A DNA stretch of 61,983 bases, filler included, from Sanchytrium tribonematis (lineage: Eukaryota): assembly GCA_018985235.1 (NCBI GenBank). It is 7 parts of 7 records of this genome, joined end to end, with 100 filler letters (N's around TTAATTAATTAA, not from the genome) between each part and the next. Parts side by side here need not be neighbours in the genome. Positions count along the whole stretch, not along the records: positions 22,333 to 25,765 come from JADGIG010000862.1; positions 25,866 to 29,286 come from JADGIG010000863.1; positions 29,387 to 32,795 come from JADGIG010000864.1; positions 32,896 to 36,304 come from JADGIG010000865.1; 3 more parts are not named here. One strand, 5' to 3'. Below the pieces are notes generated by a model. The model was not told where the DNA came from, ran no database searches, and worked only from the letters and a program-made list of their open reading frames with translations. Position numbers and translations under genes: made by a program. Each line of letters opens with the position of its first letter. The first letter of the stretch is position 1. Below, in pieces: positions 22,333-34,075 of the stretch.

Positions 22333-23878
22333 ACAAATTAATAATCAAGTTTTAAAGATGCCGAGGATCAGTCTGAAAGTGATCATTTAGATGACTTGTT
22401 AGAATCTGAGTTTGGTGCATTTGCACTGGAAATTAGGCAAATTCCATTAAAAGAAGACAGTAGAGAATTAAAAGGCGATCCATTTAGTTTAAGATTCTTA
22501 AAACGATTTTGCAGTGGAATCCAAAGAGAATTAGCTAGGTTGGATAAAAATAAAAATTCAGCCAATATTTTTACTGTAAATGATTTGGTGCAGATTGGAG
22601 AATCATGGAACTTGTCAACTGTTTGTATTTAAAAACATTTATTTTAACTGGTTTTTGGTTGTGGTTAAGATTTAACGATTTACAAAAATTACAATGGGGA
22701 TCTATAAAAAGAAATTTGCTAGATGTAGAACTAGACACCACATTTAAATATCACAAGATTTTCCTACATGCCAGAAAACATGATGACTCTACAACAATAA
22801 GAAATTTATATAAACGAGTGCATAAATCTGAATTGCCATTTTGCGTATTTAACTGTTTAAATTTACTTTACGAATATGTATCAAAAAATAGAGAGATCAA
22901 GGATACATATTTAGTGTTTCTTAATTATAAAATAGAGAATAATTGTTTATTAATTAGCGATTTCACCCAACATTTGGAATCTAGATTCTTTTGTGGTACT
23001 TTAATCTAGTATAGGTCGAATGAATAAATTACAAATTGAAGTAGGAGTATCCGACGGTACTAAGTATACAACCCATGCTATGCGTCGCAGTGGGTGCCAA
23101 TATATGGTATTTTTTGCACCAAATACACTTACTTTGGATGCAGCGGCAAACTTTGGTGGATGGGGTGAGGGTTTATCGGGTAAACGTGTGTATTTGATTA
23201 ATAACTCCTTGGATAGTGATTTGGCAATTACAGATGGTTTGAGATCAACCCCTCGTCAAAATGGAACACAAATATTTTCTAAATATGACACCAATTCCAA
23301 TTGCAATGAGTTAAAATGCATGTTAGAAGAGTTTAAGAATGAGTTAGTTAATTAGTGCTCTTGCAGGTAAAAGTGTAGTTGCCACGACATTAGATCATGA
23401 AAATACACCAAATGAAAGTAATCAGGGTGTTACAAGGGACACTTTAGAAAATTTAAATTTAGAAGCAGGTTTGGCAGAGACTCAATGCCCTTTAATACCT
23501 AAGGTACCTTGAAAACATGTAATGCCTGCTAATTTGTTCTTCTTTCATATTACAATCAAGGGGTTTAACGAGCAAATATTTCTCAAATACCCCAAATTGG
23601 AATGTTTAGATTATTTTGTACCAATGGTCAATTGGGGGGATAATATGGTTGTTACTAAGACATTGAGTAATCGTATTAGAGAAAGAATGAGACTTCTTGA
23701 GTATATCCAAACAAGAGGTGAGGATCAGTACATGCAATTAACATCGGGTATGACAGCTGCACAAATTTATAAAAATACCATTATTAATTTCACTACCAAG
23801 AAAAATGCGGGAAGGAAATCAAGAAAGAAGTCTACTTCATCACTTGAGTTAGATTTAGTAAGTGAAGATGACAACTAA
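22333..23878 (+). mobile_element. Degenerate tyrosine-recombinase element (Crypton-like DNA transposon)
   Basis: YR catalytic set across fragments: WLRFND (R), ARKHD (K), THAMRRSG (HxxR), GGW, RVYL (Y). 19-nt intron 22996-23014; frameshifts near 22625 and 23350; in-frame TGA near 23510; C-terminal domain to 23878. Confidence 0.75.
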
Positions 23879-23949
23879 ATAATTTAGTAATAAATATGTA
23901 TGACTATATTTTCTGTTTTATAATTTTCTACTGTTTATATGTGAAAGTT

Positions 23950-24133
23950 TAATTCCCGATGTTTTAATTAATTCCCGATATGGTATAAATCCACAAGGAG
24001 TTTCTGCAACATCGGGAATTTATTTAAATCTTCAATTCGCGTCGTATAGACATATAAAATGCATCAATGGAATGCTAGTAATGATAAGAGTTGATTACAA
24101 GTAGTTTAAAGATAATTTATTTTTATTCCCGAT
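23950..24133. repeat. ATTCCCGAT motif cluster with a 13-bp perfect inverted repeat
   Basis: AATTCCCGATGTT 23951-23963 versus AACATCGGGAATT 24008-24020; further direct copies at 23971 and 24125. Confidence 0.8.
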
Positions 24134-24659
24134 CTTCTCCCGTATATACACATTTCCACCTGCACGAAAATTTGTATTATTTAAATTTAAGAGACTTTTA
24201 TCAACTCACTTTTTTCTCATAAAATACAAGGGTTCTATGACCATTATTGATTGATATAGCCATGTTTAAAGATGAAAATTTACTTTCAAATATGAAAGTT
24301 AGACTAACTATATATTTGGCACACCCCAACACAAAACCAGAGCAACCTAAATCCAGTAAATTCCAGTTATACCGTATTCAAATCCGGAATCCCTCCAAAA
24401 ATTTATCCAATTCGAATTGACCCGTGTTTCGTGTCACAAGTCCCTATAAATGTCATTCAAAGATTTAAACTTAGATTAATCTTCTTGGACACAGAACGAT
24501 ATTTGAGTGTTCAAAATCAACGATGGGATTAGAGTTGCAAAATTGAATTCTTTATAGGTATCGTTTCATCAACATTTTCTCTACAATTTGTTCTACTGTC
24601 AAGTCCTCGTTCCCACCTTCTACCCTATAGAAACAAACACCACCATATTGATACAGGGT

Positions 24660-25765
24660 TTGACCTGATGGAAGCAATCCATGATATCTTCCAGCATTTA
24701 TTATGGAATTTGAAATGCACGTTGATGCACTCGGCTGGAACTCAGGTGATAATAGAATTACTGATTTGCCAACCAATTTTCTATTGTGTATCAAAGGACA
24801 TGCCCGTAAGACAATGCATTTAGCAGGAATTTGGGAAAATTATACGGTTACTACACAGATTGAAGTAACCAATGAAGAAGGTGAAAAAGGTTTACAAGAT
24901 CAAGTTCACACTTTTAAACGCGTCTCTTATTCTCAAACCAAAGCAGCTCTTGTTGACAAATACTTGACAGAAAGTATGTATTTAGAGTTGTATCGACGTT
25001 GTTCAACTATGAGAATGAAGAATCAAACTGTGAATAGTTATGAACAGTATGCATTTGAAACTTTTGAGGCATTGGACTCATTTGACAAATTATTGAAACA
25101 AAAAGAAGAATTAAAAAATGAGAATACAAAAAGAATCAGTGTAACTCAAGAGAGTTTACGCAATGCCTATATCAATGGATTACCTGACTACATTAAGGAC
25201 CAACTGATGTTAAATTTGCCACCCAAATTTGAGGATATTATTTCCATGGCCAAGAAGATTCAAGACAATCTTGGTGACTCAAGAAACAAAGATCAACCAA
25301 AACAATACAATATGGAGAAACAAACCTTTAGAAAAACAAAAGAAACCGATGAAGAACCAAAATGCTATTATTGCAAGAAGAAGGGACACCTGAAGAGAGA
25401 CTGTCCAAAATTGATTAACAAGAACAAACAACACAACAAGAAAGAAGATCCAATGGAGATGGATTTGGTGCATTCCACCGTAGATAGCATTATTGCGCAA
25501 ACAACCCGACCAAATTTATTAGTGAAAATCCAGGATCAAGAATTTAAGGCTTTATTAGACACAGGAAGCCCTGTATTTTTCATTTCCGGTACAACAATAT
25601 CTAAATTAAAAGATGTCGATATGAGTGACTGTACAAGACCATTCTTGAGTTTTGGTGGAAATGAAGATTTAGTCAAACATGAATGTAAAATTAAAATGGA
25701 ATTAACTGGTTTCAGTCCCACTATGCATTCCACAAGGAAACTATATGTGGCTGATAACATGAAAG
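24660..25765 (+). mobile_element. LTR retrotransposon (Ty3/Gypsy-like) gag-protease fragment
   Basis: Zinc knuckle CYYCKKKGHLKRDC, PMEMD, protease ALLDTGS; in-frame TGA just upstream (DGSNP*YLPAFIMEFE) suggests decay; truncated at contig end. Confidence 0.85.
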
Positions 25766-25865
25766 NNNNNNNNNNNNNNNNNNNNNNNNNNNNNNNNNNN
25801 NNNNNNNNNTTAATTAATTAANNNNNNNNNNNNNNNNNNNNNNNNNNNNNNNNNNNNNNNNNNNN

Positions 25866-28800
25866 CATTAAATGATCTGTCATTATCAGATATAAACTCC
25901 TTAGGAAAACCAAATATACTCGCCCATGCATCCAAGAATGCGGTAAATATGGTTTCCATATCTTTATTTGGAATAGGTACTGCTCTTAAAAACCTACTTC
26001 CATCGTCCATCATTGTGAGAATATATCGCATCTCATCTTCTGGGTCATTTGACAAATCCTCGATAGGTCCAACAATATCAATGTAAATCCTATCAAGAAC
26101 CATTGCCGGTTTCCGTGTGCTAAGGACATTGTATTTTTCACCAACTCCTTTTATTCTTGCACAAGTTACACAATTCCTACAGAATATCTTTAATATTTTC
26201 TGCAACCCAGGAATATAATAATTTCTTAAGTGAAAGCTCATCTGCTCTCTACCAGAGTGAGCCACCAATGGACTTTCATGAACCTCTTTAAGTACTGTTT
26301 GAACCAGGTGCTCTGGAACATAAATTTTCTCAGTACTACCATCTGAAATCCTGTATACTATCCCCTCTTTTTTCTTAAATTGTCTTTTCTTGCTTTTCTT
26401 AACAAGTACTTTGTCCTTAGATTGCTCTAAAGGCCAATCTATCTCAGACAATTTAAACAAGACTATGTTGTCTTTCTTTTCAGATGTATCCTTCTGCTGA
26501 ACAGGTTCTCTTTTTCTAAAATTATAAGAATTAACTTGTATTATTTCGTCAACAGAATCTCGACTAAGTACATCTGCAACGGGATTATTAACACCCTTAA
26601 TATAACAGATTGTAAAGTCATATTGCTGCAAATTCATTTGCCAGCGCGCTAAACGGCCCTTTTGTTGATGTGCCATTAGCCATCTAAGATTACCATGATC
26701 TGTCATAACAGTGACATGATTAGGATAGTAATATGGTCTAAATTTCTCTAAGCCAAACATTATAGCTATTGCCTCCTTTTCCCTTGTGTCGTACTTTTTC
26801 TCTAAGTCATTTAATGACCGAGACGCGTACCATATAGGATAGCTATCTTGCATCAATACAGCACCAACTCCATAATTGGAAGCATCTGTAAAGATAGTAA
26901 ATGGTTTAGTATAGTCTGGATGTCTTAAGACTCCATAATTTGGATCTTCCGAGCAAAGAGCCTCTTTAAGCTGTTTAATTGCCTCGTACTGACTTGTTCC
27001 AAATTTAAATTTAGTTTTCTTCGACAAAAGTCTATTCAACGGTGCAATCATTGTTGAATAACCGGGGATAAAATTTCTATAATATGAAGCCATTCCTAAA
27101 AATCTTCTCAACGCTTTCTGCGTTTTAGGTATAGGCAAATCTCTTATTGCCTTGACCTTATCCATAGATTTTTGTATTCCAAGGCCACTTACCTTGTAAC
27201 CTAGGTATTCGATAGATTCGAATCCGAAATCACATTTCTTGGCCCGAATATGAAGATTATTAGCTTCAAGTCTTTTTAAGACTTCCACAGTCAAATCATA
27301 TAATTTGTCTGCTGACTCAGCATAAATGAGTAAATCATCTAAGTAAACCAAGACTCCTTGATTAATTAGATCCTCAAATATTGTATCCATCATTCTTTGA
27401 AATGTTGCTGGAGCCGTTTTAAGCCCAAAAGGCATTACTGTAAATTCATATAGCTGACCATTAGCTATAAACGCTGTTTTGTCTTGATCAACCTTCTTTA
27501 AAGGAATCTGCCAATATCCTGCAGATAGATCAATTTTGTTAAAGAACTTAGCGCCTTTAAGATTTGACAATCGTTCCTGTACATTTGGAACTGGGTAGTT
27601 ATCTGATTCTGTATTTTCGTTTAATTTACGAAAATCAACACAAAATCTCCATTTCCCATTGGGTTTAGGAACCATCACGATAGGACTTGCAAATGCTGAG
27701 CTAGAAGGCACAATGACTCCTTTCTCAATCATATAATCAAGTTCTTTCTGAATCAGTTCTTGCTGAGCTTTAGATGCCCAATATTGTTTTTGTCTAAAGG
27801 GTTCACCTTTGTAATTGATTGCATGCTTCACAGCAGTGGTGCAACCTTTTTGAAATTTAAACAATTTCTTAAAACTTTCCAGTAACAAAAAGAATCTGGC
27901 CTTAAGGTCAGCCCCTAGTGCCAATCCCATGTTAACAAGTTTATAAGACAGCTCTGATTCTTCAAAATCAGGACCAAAGTTCATGTCTTCAGCACTTTCC
28001 TCGACCGGATTAAATCTTTCATCATCCGTGTCACTTGTACGTGAATTGAACTTGTCAATTTTATCTTTGAAAGCTTGCATAACATCCAAGCTGTTCAAAT
28101 GAATCTTAGATTCTATTTTACTTCGAGTAGCAGATATGCAATATCCATCTACCCAGACTAATCCCTGAGGGACTTCATCTTTAATATTCAATGCATTCAT
28201 GCCTTCTCGACCAATAATGCATTGATATGTTAACTGAGTGGTGACTAAGAATCTTAGATTATAAGTCTTTTCAATGCCGAAGTCAATATCAAGCTTAATC
28301 TGCCCAATGACTTTCATTGTATTTCCATTAGGAACCACTATATCAGAACAGTCGATTCGTTCTAAGTTTGTAAAATTATTATCGAGTGCAAACTGCTCTG
28401 ATATCAGGTTAGGAATTGCTCCACCATCAATCAAGACTGTTGCTTCAATATTGTTCAATTTGACTTGAACTTCGAGCAGTCTCTGCTCGACAGAATAAGG
28501 TTCAACTGGTTTATTTGAAAACGTGAACGTGTTAAGTCTGCTCATATCAGGTTTTAAATAACCCTTCTTTTTCTTCGGGCAGTCGCGGCTAAAATGACCT
28601 AATTTGCCACATCTAAAGCACTGAGCTTTAAACTTATCAGGCTTTTCTCTGTTCTTGTCATTGCCACTGTATGAGCCCTTGTCATATTGATCGTATTTGT
28701 ATTTCTTTCGAAATTCTGGTCGATCATAAGACTTTCTCTTACGTGGTGCCATATTTCCTCCCATTGATCCCAATGGTCCACCATTATAGCTTTCCAACTT

Positions 28801-29286
28801 TGAGGCGTGCGACGCAATTGTCTTGGGCTCAAAGCCTCCACGTAAGCTAATTTTCTTCTGAATTTCAGGATCATAGCAATAATTTCTTAACTTCATTGCT
28901 ACCATTGCTTTTGTAATGCAATGTGTCCTAGTGCCTTTTGCTTCAGAAACCAATTGGTTAATCTTGTCTTGATAGTCTAGCACTCTGTCATAAAAGTGCT
29001 CATATCTTTCACCAGGTTTCTGGCGACAAGCTTCCCATTCCTTGAACATAGAGTCTAGGACACCCTTTGGTCTGTATAGACGAATAACCTTTCTTTTCAA
29101 TTTTTCATAAGGTACCTTTAAACCTTCTCTCTCAATGTGTTTGAAGGCATGCTCAGGCATCAGTCTAATCATGACAAATTTCCTATACTCTTTATCCAAA
29201 TGGTGAAGGTCACACATAAACTCCAACTTTCTGAACCAGGGCTCAATCTCATTTCTTGGATGATACTTATCTAAACTATTCTTACA
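25866..29286 (-). mobile_element. Ty3/Gypsy LTR retrotransposon, single-ORF gag-pol (both ends truncated)
   Basis: Gag CFRCGKLGHFSRDC, protease LIDGGA, RT (WRFCVDFRKLN, MPFGL, YLDD), RNase H (TDAS), integrase (HHCC, IDIVGP); PR-RT-RH-IN order. Confidence 0.97.
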
Positions 29287-29386
29287 NNNNNNNNNNNNNN
29301 NNNNNNNNNNNNNNNNNNNNNNNNNNNNNNTTAATTAATTAANNNNNNNNNNNNNNNNNNNNNNNNNNNNNNNNNNNNNNNNNNNN

Positions 29387-30545
29387 TTTTAATGTCGCCT
29401 ATAATTTATTAACTGGCACTGTTCCAGTCCTTCCATCCACTCTAACCATATTCAATGTGGCTCACAATCAATTATCAGGCACTATAGATGCATCCAATAT
29501 CATTAAACCCATTGTATTATTCATTCCAAACAATTTAATCACAAAATTCATTTTTCCATCTTCCATCAAATTCACTGTTTGTGATTTATCTAGTAATCCA
29601 CTTGATTATATCCCATCTCTGAGCAATCAATGTAATATGATTCGTTTAAATTCACTAGATTGTCCATTAATCATCAAATTTGCAAATTCATTGAATATGC
29701 CAAGTAATTTTATGGGTATTTTAAATGTTAATTGTTGTTCAGATACTGGTTTAACATGTTCTGGTGGTCTTGTTAATAGTGTGACATCTATTAATTGGAA
29801 TAAAAGACAATTAACTGGCCAAATAGATGCCAGTTTGATACCAAACACTGTCACATCCTTGAATCTCAAAAACAATCACTTGAATGGCCCATTAAATTTA
29901 CCAAATACCATAAGAAATGTCATTATGAGTAATAATTCATTCTCTGGTGACTTTATAGTGGATAATCAAGTGCAATTATTCATAGATTCTAATAAATTCA
30001 CCAAATTAGTGATTTTAAACACTATTTTGACAATTGGTTGTAATATTAGCAATAATCCATTAGATTATACTTCAATTAGTACATTTAGCCTATTCTGTGG
30101 TCAAACTACTATGATTCCGGATCCACCCATCCCTACACGCATTTATTATCATACAAATCCAATTAATGAATTGACGAGCAATGATTTTGTATATTCTGAT
30201 GTATATACACTAGAAATGACAAGTAGATTATCTACAACTACTAAAATACCCTCTAGTATCCCAAATATCCCAGATATGCCATTTTCACTCGCTTCCTTTT
30301 TTACCAATTATTTGGTGTGGATTCTAGTAGGAGTCGTCTTTTCTACATGTATTATAGTCGTATTAATGGGTAAATATTGGAAAGGACCTCAAATCATCAC
30401 AAAATTCACTCGAAAACACTCTTTTGGATCCCTAGTCACCTTTTCAAAGAAATCTAAAATGAAACAAGATGATGATGGATACGGCATTAAATCACCAGAA
30501 CCAATATCATCTCCAACACGTAGAACGTTTAAAGTACTTGAATAA
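29387..30545 (+). CDS. Leucine-rich-repeat single-pass membrane protein (5' truncated)
   Basis: N.L.G.I LRRs, Cys cap (NCC..TGLTC...V.SINW...LTG), S/T/P stalk, TM near the C-terminus, short basic tail. Confidence 0.8.
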
Positions 30546-30602
30546 ATTTACTTGTTTAATGCGCAATATCATTGATTTGGAGAAAATACAACTCGGACTG
30601 AA

Positions 30603-31511
30603 TCAGGATATTCTCTGACGCTTTTCACTTTGAGCAAAAGGTTCTCCAGTAATAAATGGATGTTCCAATGCTTGTTGTGCAGTCATTCTATCATTTGGAT
30701 CACATTTGATGAATTCAGCAATAAATTTCATAAATTCATCTGTAAATGGTGTATGTGACTCATTAAAAAATGGATGCTCGCAAGGAACAATCTTTTTTTG
30801 GTCCAAATCCGGAATAGCTACAAAAGAACCTACACACCTTACTAGTGTGGCACCAAATGAAAATAAATCACTTTTCCTTGGAGAATATAAGGTTTGAGAC
30901 CGCATTTCTGGTGAGAAATATTGTAAAGTGCCATGGAGGCCATATTTTGTTTTGGCTTTTGTACTTTTATCAAAATCAATTAAAAGATACTTGTCTTCAT
31001 TTCTAGAATACACTATGTTCTCAGGTTTTATATCAAAATGCGCTTTCCCTTGTTTATGCAAATAATTGAGCGCATTCAAGATATCTTTACTCATTTTTTG
31101 AAATACGGTTTCCAATTCCTCTTCAAATTGCTGGTTTATATAACTATTGCGTAATTCTTCAGCTCTAGTTAAAAAATCCATTTCATAATATGGCATTTCC
31201 ATATAAAAACATGTTATTGTGTTATTTATAAATTTATCATAAGAATTAATTTTTATAATATTTGGATGAGATAGATCAGCCAACATATTCAATTCTCTTT
31301 CAACATTTCTACCGCATTTTTTGTTGCTATTGCTACCACAAACTCGTTTAATTGCCAATTTTTCTTTGTAATATATTTCTGTAATACAATCATCTTTTTC
31401 ATTCTTACTGTGCTCTATAGAAGTATAATCACTCAAATTTCTATTCAATTCTATATTTTGAATAATGACTTTTGCAGAGATGATGATTACGAACATGAAG
31501 AACGATGACAT
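30603..31511 (-). CDS. Ser/Thr protein kinase with N-terminal hydrophobic signal-like peptide, paralog A
   Basis: AIKRV, HFDIKPEN, LIDFD, GTLQYFSPE, SDLFSFG, RMTAQQALEHPF. Confidence 0.88.
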   Translation of the reverse strand: MSSFFMFVIIISAKVIIQNIELNRNLSDYTSIEHSKNEKDDCITEIYYKEKLAIKRVCGSNSNKKCGRNVERELNMLADLSHPNIIKINSYDKFINNTITCFYMEMPYYEMDFLTRAEELRNSYINQQFEEELETVFQKMSKDILNALNYLHKQGKAHFDIKPENIVYSRNEDKYLLIDFDKSTKAKTKYGLHGTLQYFSPEMRSQTLYSPRKSDLFSFGATLVRCVGSFVAIPDLDQKKIVPCEHPFFNESHTPFTDEFMKFIAEFIKCDPNDRMTAQQALEHPFITGEPFAQSEKRQRIS

Positions 31512-31587
31512 GGAATTGTTTTGATCATACTCCTTTTTCAACTCCTAATATGTGAAACTGGAATTCAAATTGAGTCATATAATGTTT

Positions 31588-32526
31588 TTATTGTAGAAAT
31601 GAATGTTCCAATGCTTGTTGTGCAGTCATTCTTTTATTTGGATCACATTTGATGAATCTGGCAATGAAATTCATAAATTCATGTGTAAATGGCGTATGTG
31701 CCTGGTTAAAAAAAGAATGTTCGCAATCTACTTGCTGATCCGCATTAAAATCATAGTTCACACTAGTAAATAAAAACATCACGTAAATCGCAATTAATGC
31801 ACCAAACGAGAATAAATCACTTTTCATTGGATCATACGGCAAATAATCGCGTTTCCATCCACCACTTTCCAATTCCACATTTTCTCTAAGGTACATTTCA
31901 AAGGATGTATATTTGGGTGTGCCAACTGGGCCTCGCGCATCAGTGTTAGACTTGCTCAAATCAAAATCAATTAATAAATAAGTATCAGTTTTCTCAGAAT
32001 ATACAATATTTTCAGGTTTTAAATCTAAATGTGCCACTTGTTTGTCGTGTAAATATCCAAGTGCCTTTAAAATATCACGACTCATTTTTTTGATAACATT
32101 TTCAAATTTAAAAATTAAGCTATTCTCTCTCCGATTAGGTGCTGAATAAAATTCATCAAATATTGTAAATAAATCCTTGTTATAAAATGGCATTTCAAAA
32201 TAATAGCACATTTCATTATAATGCGGCTTAGATGACACTCCCAAATATGTGCCAGATACAATATTTTCATGCTTTAATGTGGTTAAATAATGAATTTCCT
32301 GTTGTACGCCACGCAGACACTCATGATTTAATGTAGAACATACCCGTTTTAATGCCTTTTGTTCCTCTTCAGATTTATAAATAAAAGTTTGACATCCTTT
32401 TTTATATCCATTAAATTCCGGAATTAAAGAGTATTTACGATCATCAAATTGAAATGGTTTGTTAAATAGAGCAGAATCCATTGGGAGACGTGATTGTAGT
32501 GTGGCGAAGATGTTCAAAATCAGCAT
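31588..32526 (-). CDS. Ser/Thr protein kinase with N-terminal hydrophobic signal-like peptide, paralog B
   Basis: ALKRV, HLDLKPEN, LIDFD, GTPKYTSFE, SDLFSFG, RMTAQQALEHSF; C-terminal DNA nearly identical to paralog A. Confidence 0.88.
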   Translation of the reverse strand: MLILNIFATLQSRLPMDSALFNKPFQFDDRKYSLIPEFNGYKKGCQTFIYKSEEEQKALKRVCSTLNHECLRGVQQEIHYLTTLKHENIVSGTYLGVSSKPHYNEMCYYFEMPFYNKDLFTIFDEFYSAPNRRENSLIFKFENVIKKMSRDILKALGYLHDKQVAHLDLKPENIVYSEKTDTYLLIDFDLSKSNTDARGPVGTPKYTSFEMYLRENVELESGGWKRDYLPYDPMKSDLFSFGALIAIYVMFLFTSVNYDFNADQQVDCEHSFFNQAHTPFTHEFMNFIARFIKCDPNKRMTAQQALEHSFLQ

Positions 32527-32895
32527 GAAGGGGAAATGACTTTTGATTTGATTTGTGTTTTCTCCGTCGACTCCTTGTTGTACATAGTCGCAGTTTTACA
32601 TTACAGTAAATTACCCTATTTATTGTAGAAATGGATGCTTTAATGCTTTTTGTGTCAATTCTTTCCATGTTTCAAAAAATACATGTGAAAATCGACTGTC
32701 ATTCAAACACGGATCTAACAAGGAGCTATGATTCTAAATCCGATTACATTTTACTATCTCGACCCAACTGACTTGCATAAAACCATCAAGGAATTNNNNN
32801 NNNNNNNNNNNNNNNNNNNNNNNNNNNNNNNNNNNNNNNTTAATTAATTAANNNNNNNNNNNNNNNNNNNNNNNNNNNNNNNNNNNNNNNNNNNN

Positions 32896-33749
32896 CCTCT
32901 TTCCAAGAAATTAGACGAGATCAGTGTTATTGGCTCAGGGTTTGTATTATATCTTAAAATTTTAAGTGCATCAATTGTAGAAATAGAATGCTCATTCTCT
33001 GAATCATTTAATACTTTTGGGTTAAACTTTGAAAATTCCACCAGTAGACGTTGAATAGTTCCTTTCTTATTAACAAAAATTAGGGTATTTTTAGGGATTC
33101 GCAATATATTCCCCAATGAATCCATTAAAGTACGATAGTCAGATTTTGTAGAATCCAAGTAAATCATCTGCGGTTGAACAGTTTTTTCTTCTGCTTTGAG
33201 AATCAAAGGATCGCTATGTTTTTGTATCAGATTTAAAGTTTTACTATCACAAGTAGCACCCACGAACCACTTCTTCGTCTGAGGTCCAATCATATCAAAA
33301 ATCGGAATTGCGTTGTCGTCGTCATTTCGATCTAATAAAACATCCATTTCATCAAACACACATATCTGGAGTGCCTTAAAATTAAATTCGTTTCTGTACT
33401 TTTTGACGTAGCCCGGTGTGCTCACCAATATCGACGACAAAGTATGTGTTCGTTTCTTACGTTGGTGGTAGCTCAGTTTCCCGTGGATAATTTGTACATC
33501 TTCTTTCATTGTGTATAAATCATGTCCAATTTGTTCAGCCAATACGGTGGAGGGAGCCAAAACAAGGGCTTTAGGATAGAAATCAGATGGTTGAAAAAAA
33601 TTTTTCATCTGTTGAATATAAGCCAAAGTTTTTCCCGTACCTGGCTGAGATTGAATCAAATAATCTTGGAATGGCTGCTTCCACACTAGGCTTTGTATAT
33701 TTGTCGGTTTTACATAGTTTAAATTGAGTTTTTTGAAAAGCAATTCCAT
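32896..33749 (-). CDS. Divergent DEAD-box RNA helicase (3' truncated)
   Basis: Q motif PTNIQ, Walker A QPGTGKT, LAPS, STPG, DEMD, LIFVN. Confidence 0.8.
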
Positions 33750-33770
33750 GTCTGATGGAGTAAATTTATT

Positions 33771-34028
33771 TCAATCAAGTGGCTGGTACACTGATTGCTT
33801 CTTAATAAGCCCGTAAAAACTGATACAAAATATTATAATATTCAAACATATAAAGCAGACAAACGCCAATTTGTTGGCTTCAGGTAAACATCCAATTGGA
33901 CTTTCGAAAGCAGTATCTGGGCACCGCTGTTGTCCCCAAAATCCAGTCTTTGCGCAATATTCTTGAACAGACATCATTTCTGGGGAGCAAGCTTCACATT
34001 TTCCTATCGAGCAAGTTGCGGTTCCCAT
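33771..34028 (-). CDS. Small JTB-like Cys-rich single-TM protein
   Basis: C..GKCEAC...YC.KTG.....C...C followed by a TM helix, matching the JTB Cys spacing. Confidence 0.55.
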   Translation of the reverse strand: MGTATCSIGKCEACSPEMMSVQEYCAKTGFWGQQRCPDTAFESPIGCLPEANKLAFVCFICLNIIIFCISFYGLIKKQSVYQPLD

Positions 34029-34075
34029 TTTGAGTTTCAAAATAAAATACAATTAAAATTAACAACCCTTGTAAC

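Noticed and set aside
24703..29286. Two gag-containing ORFs facing each other as one composite element
   Set aside because: They are on different contigs separated by a spacer and have dissimilar gag and protease sequences
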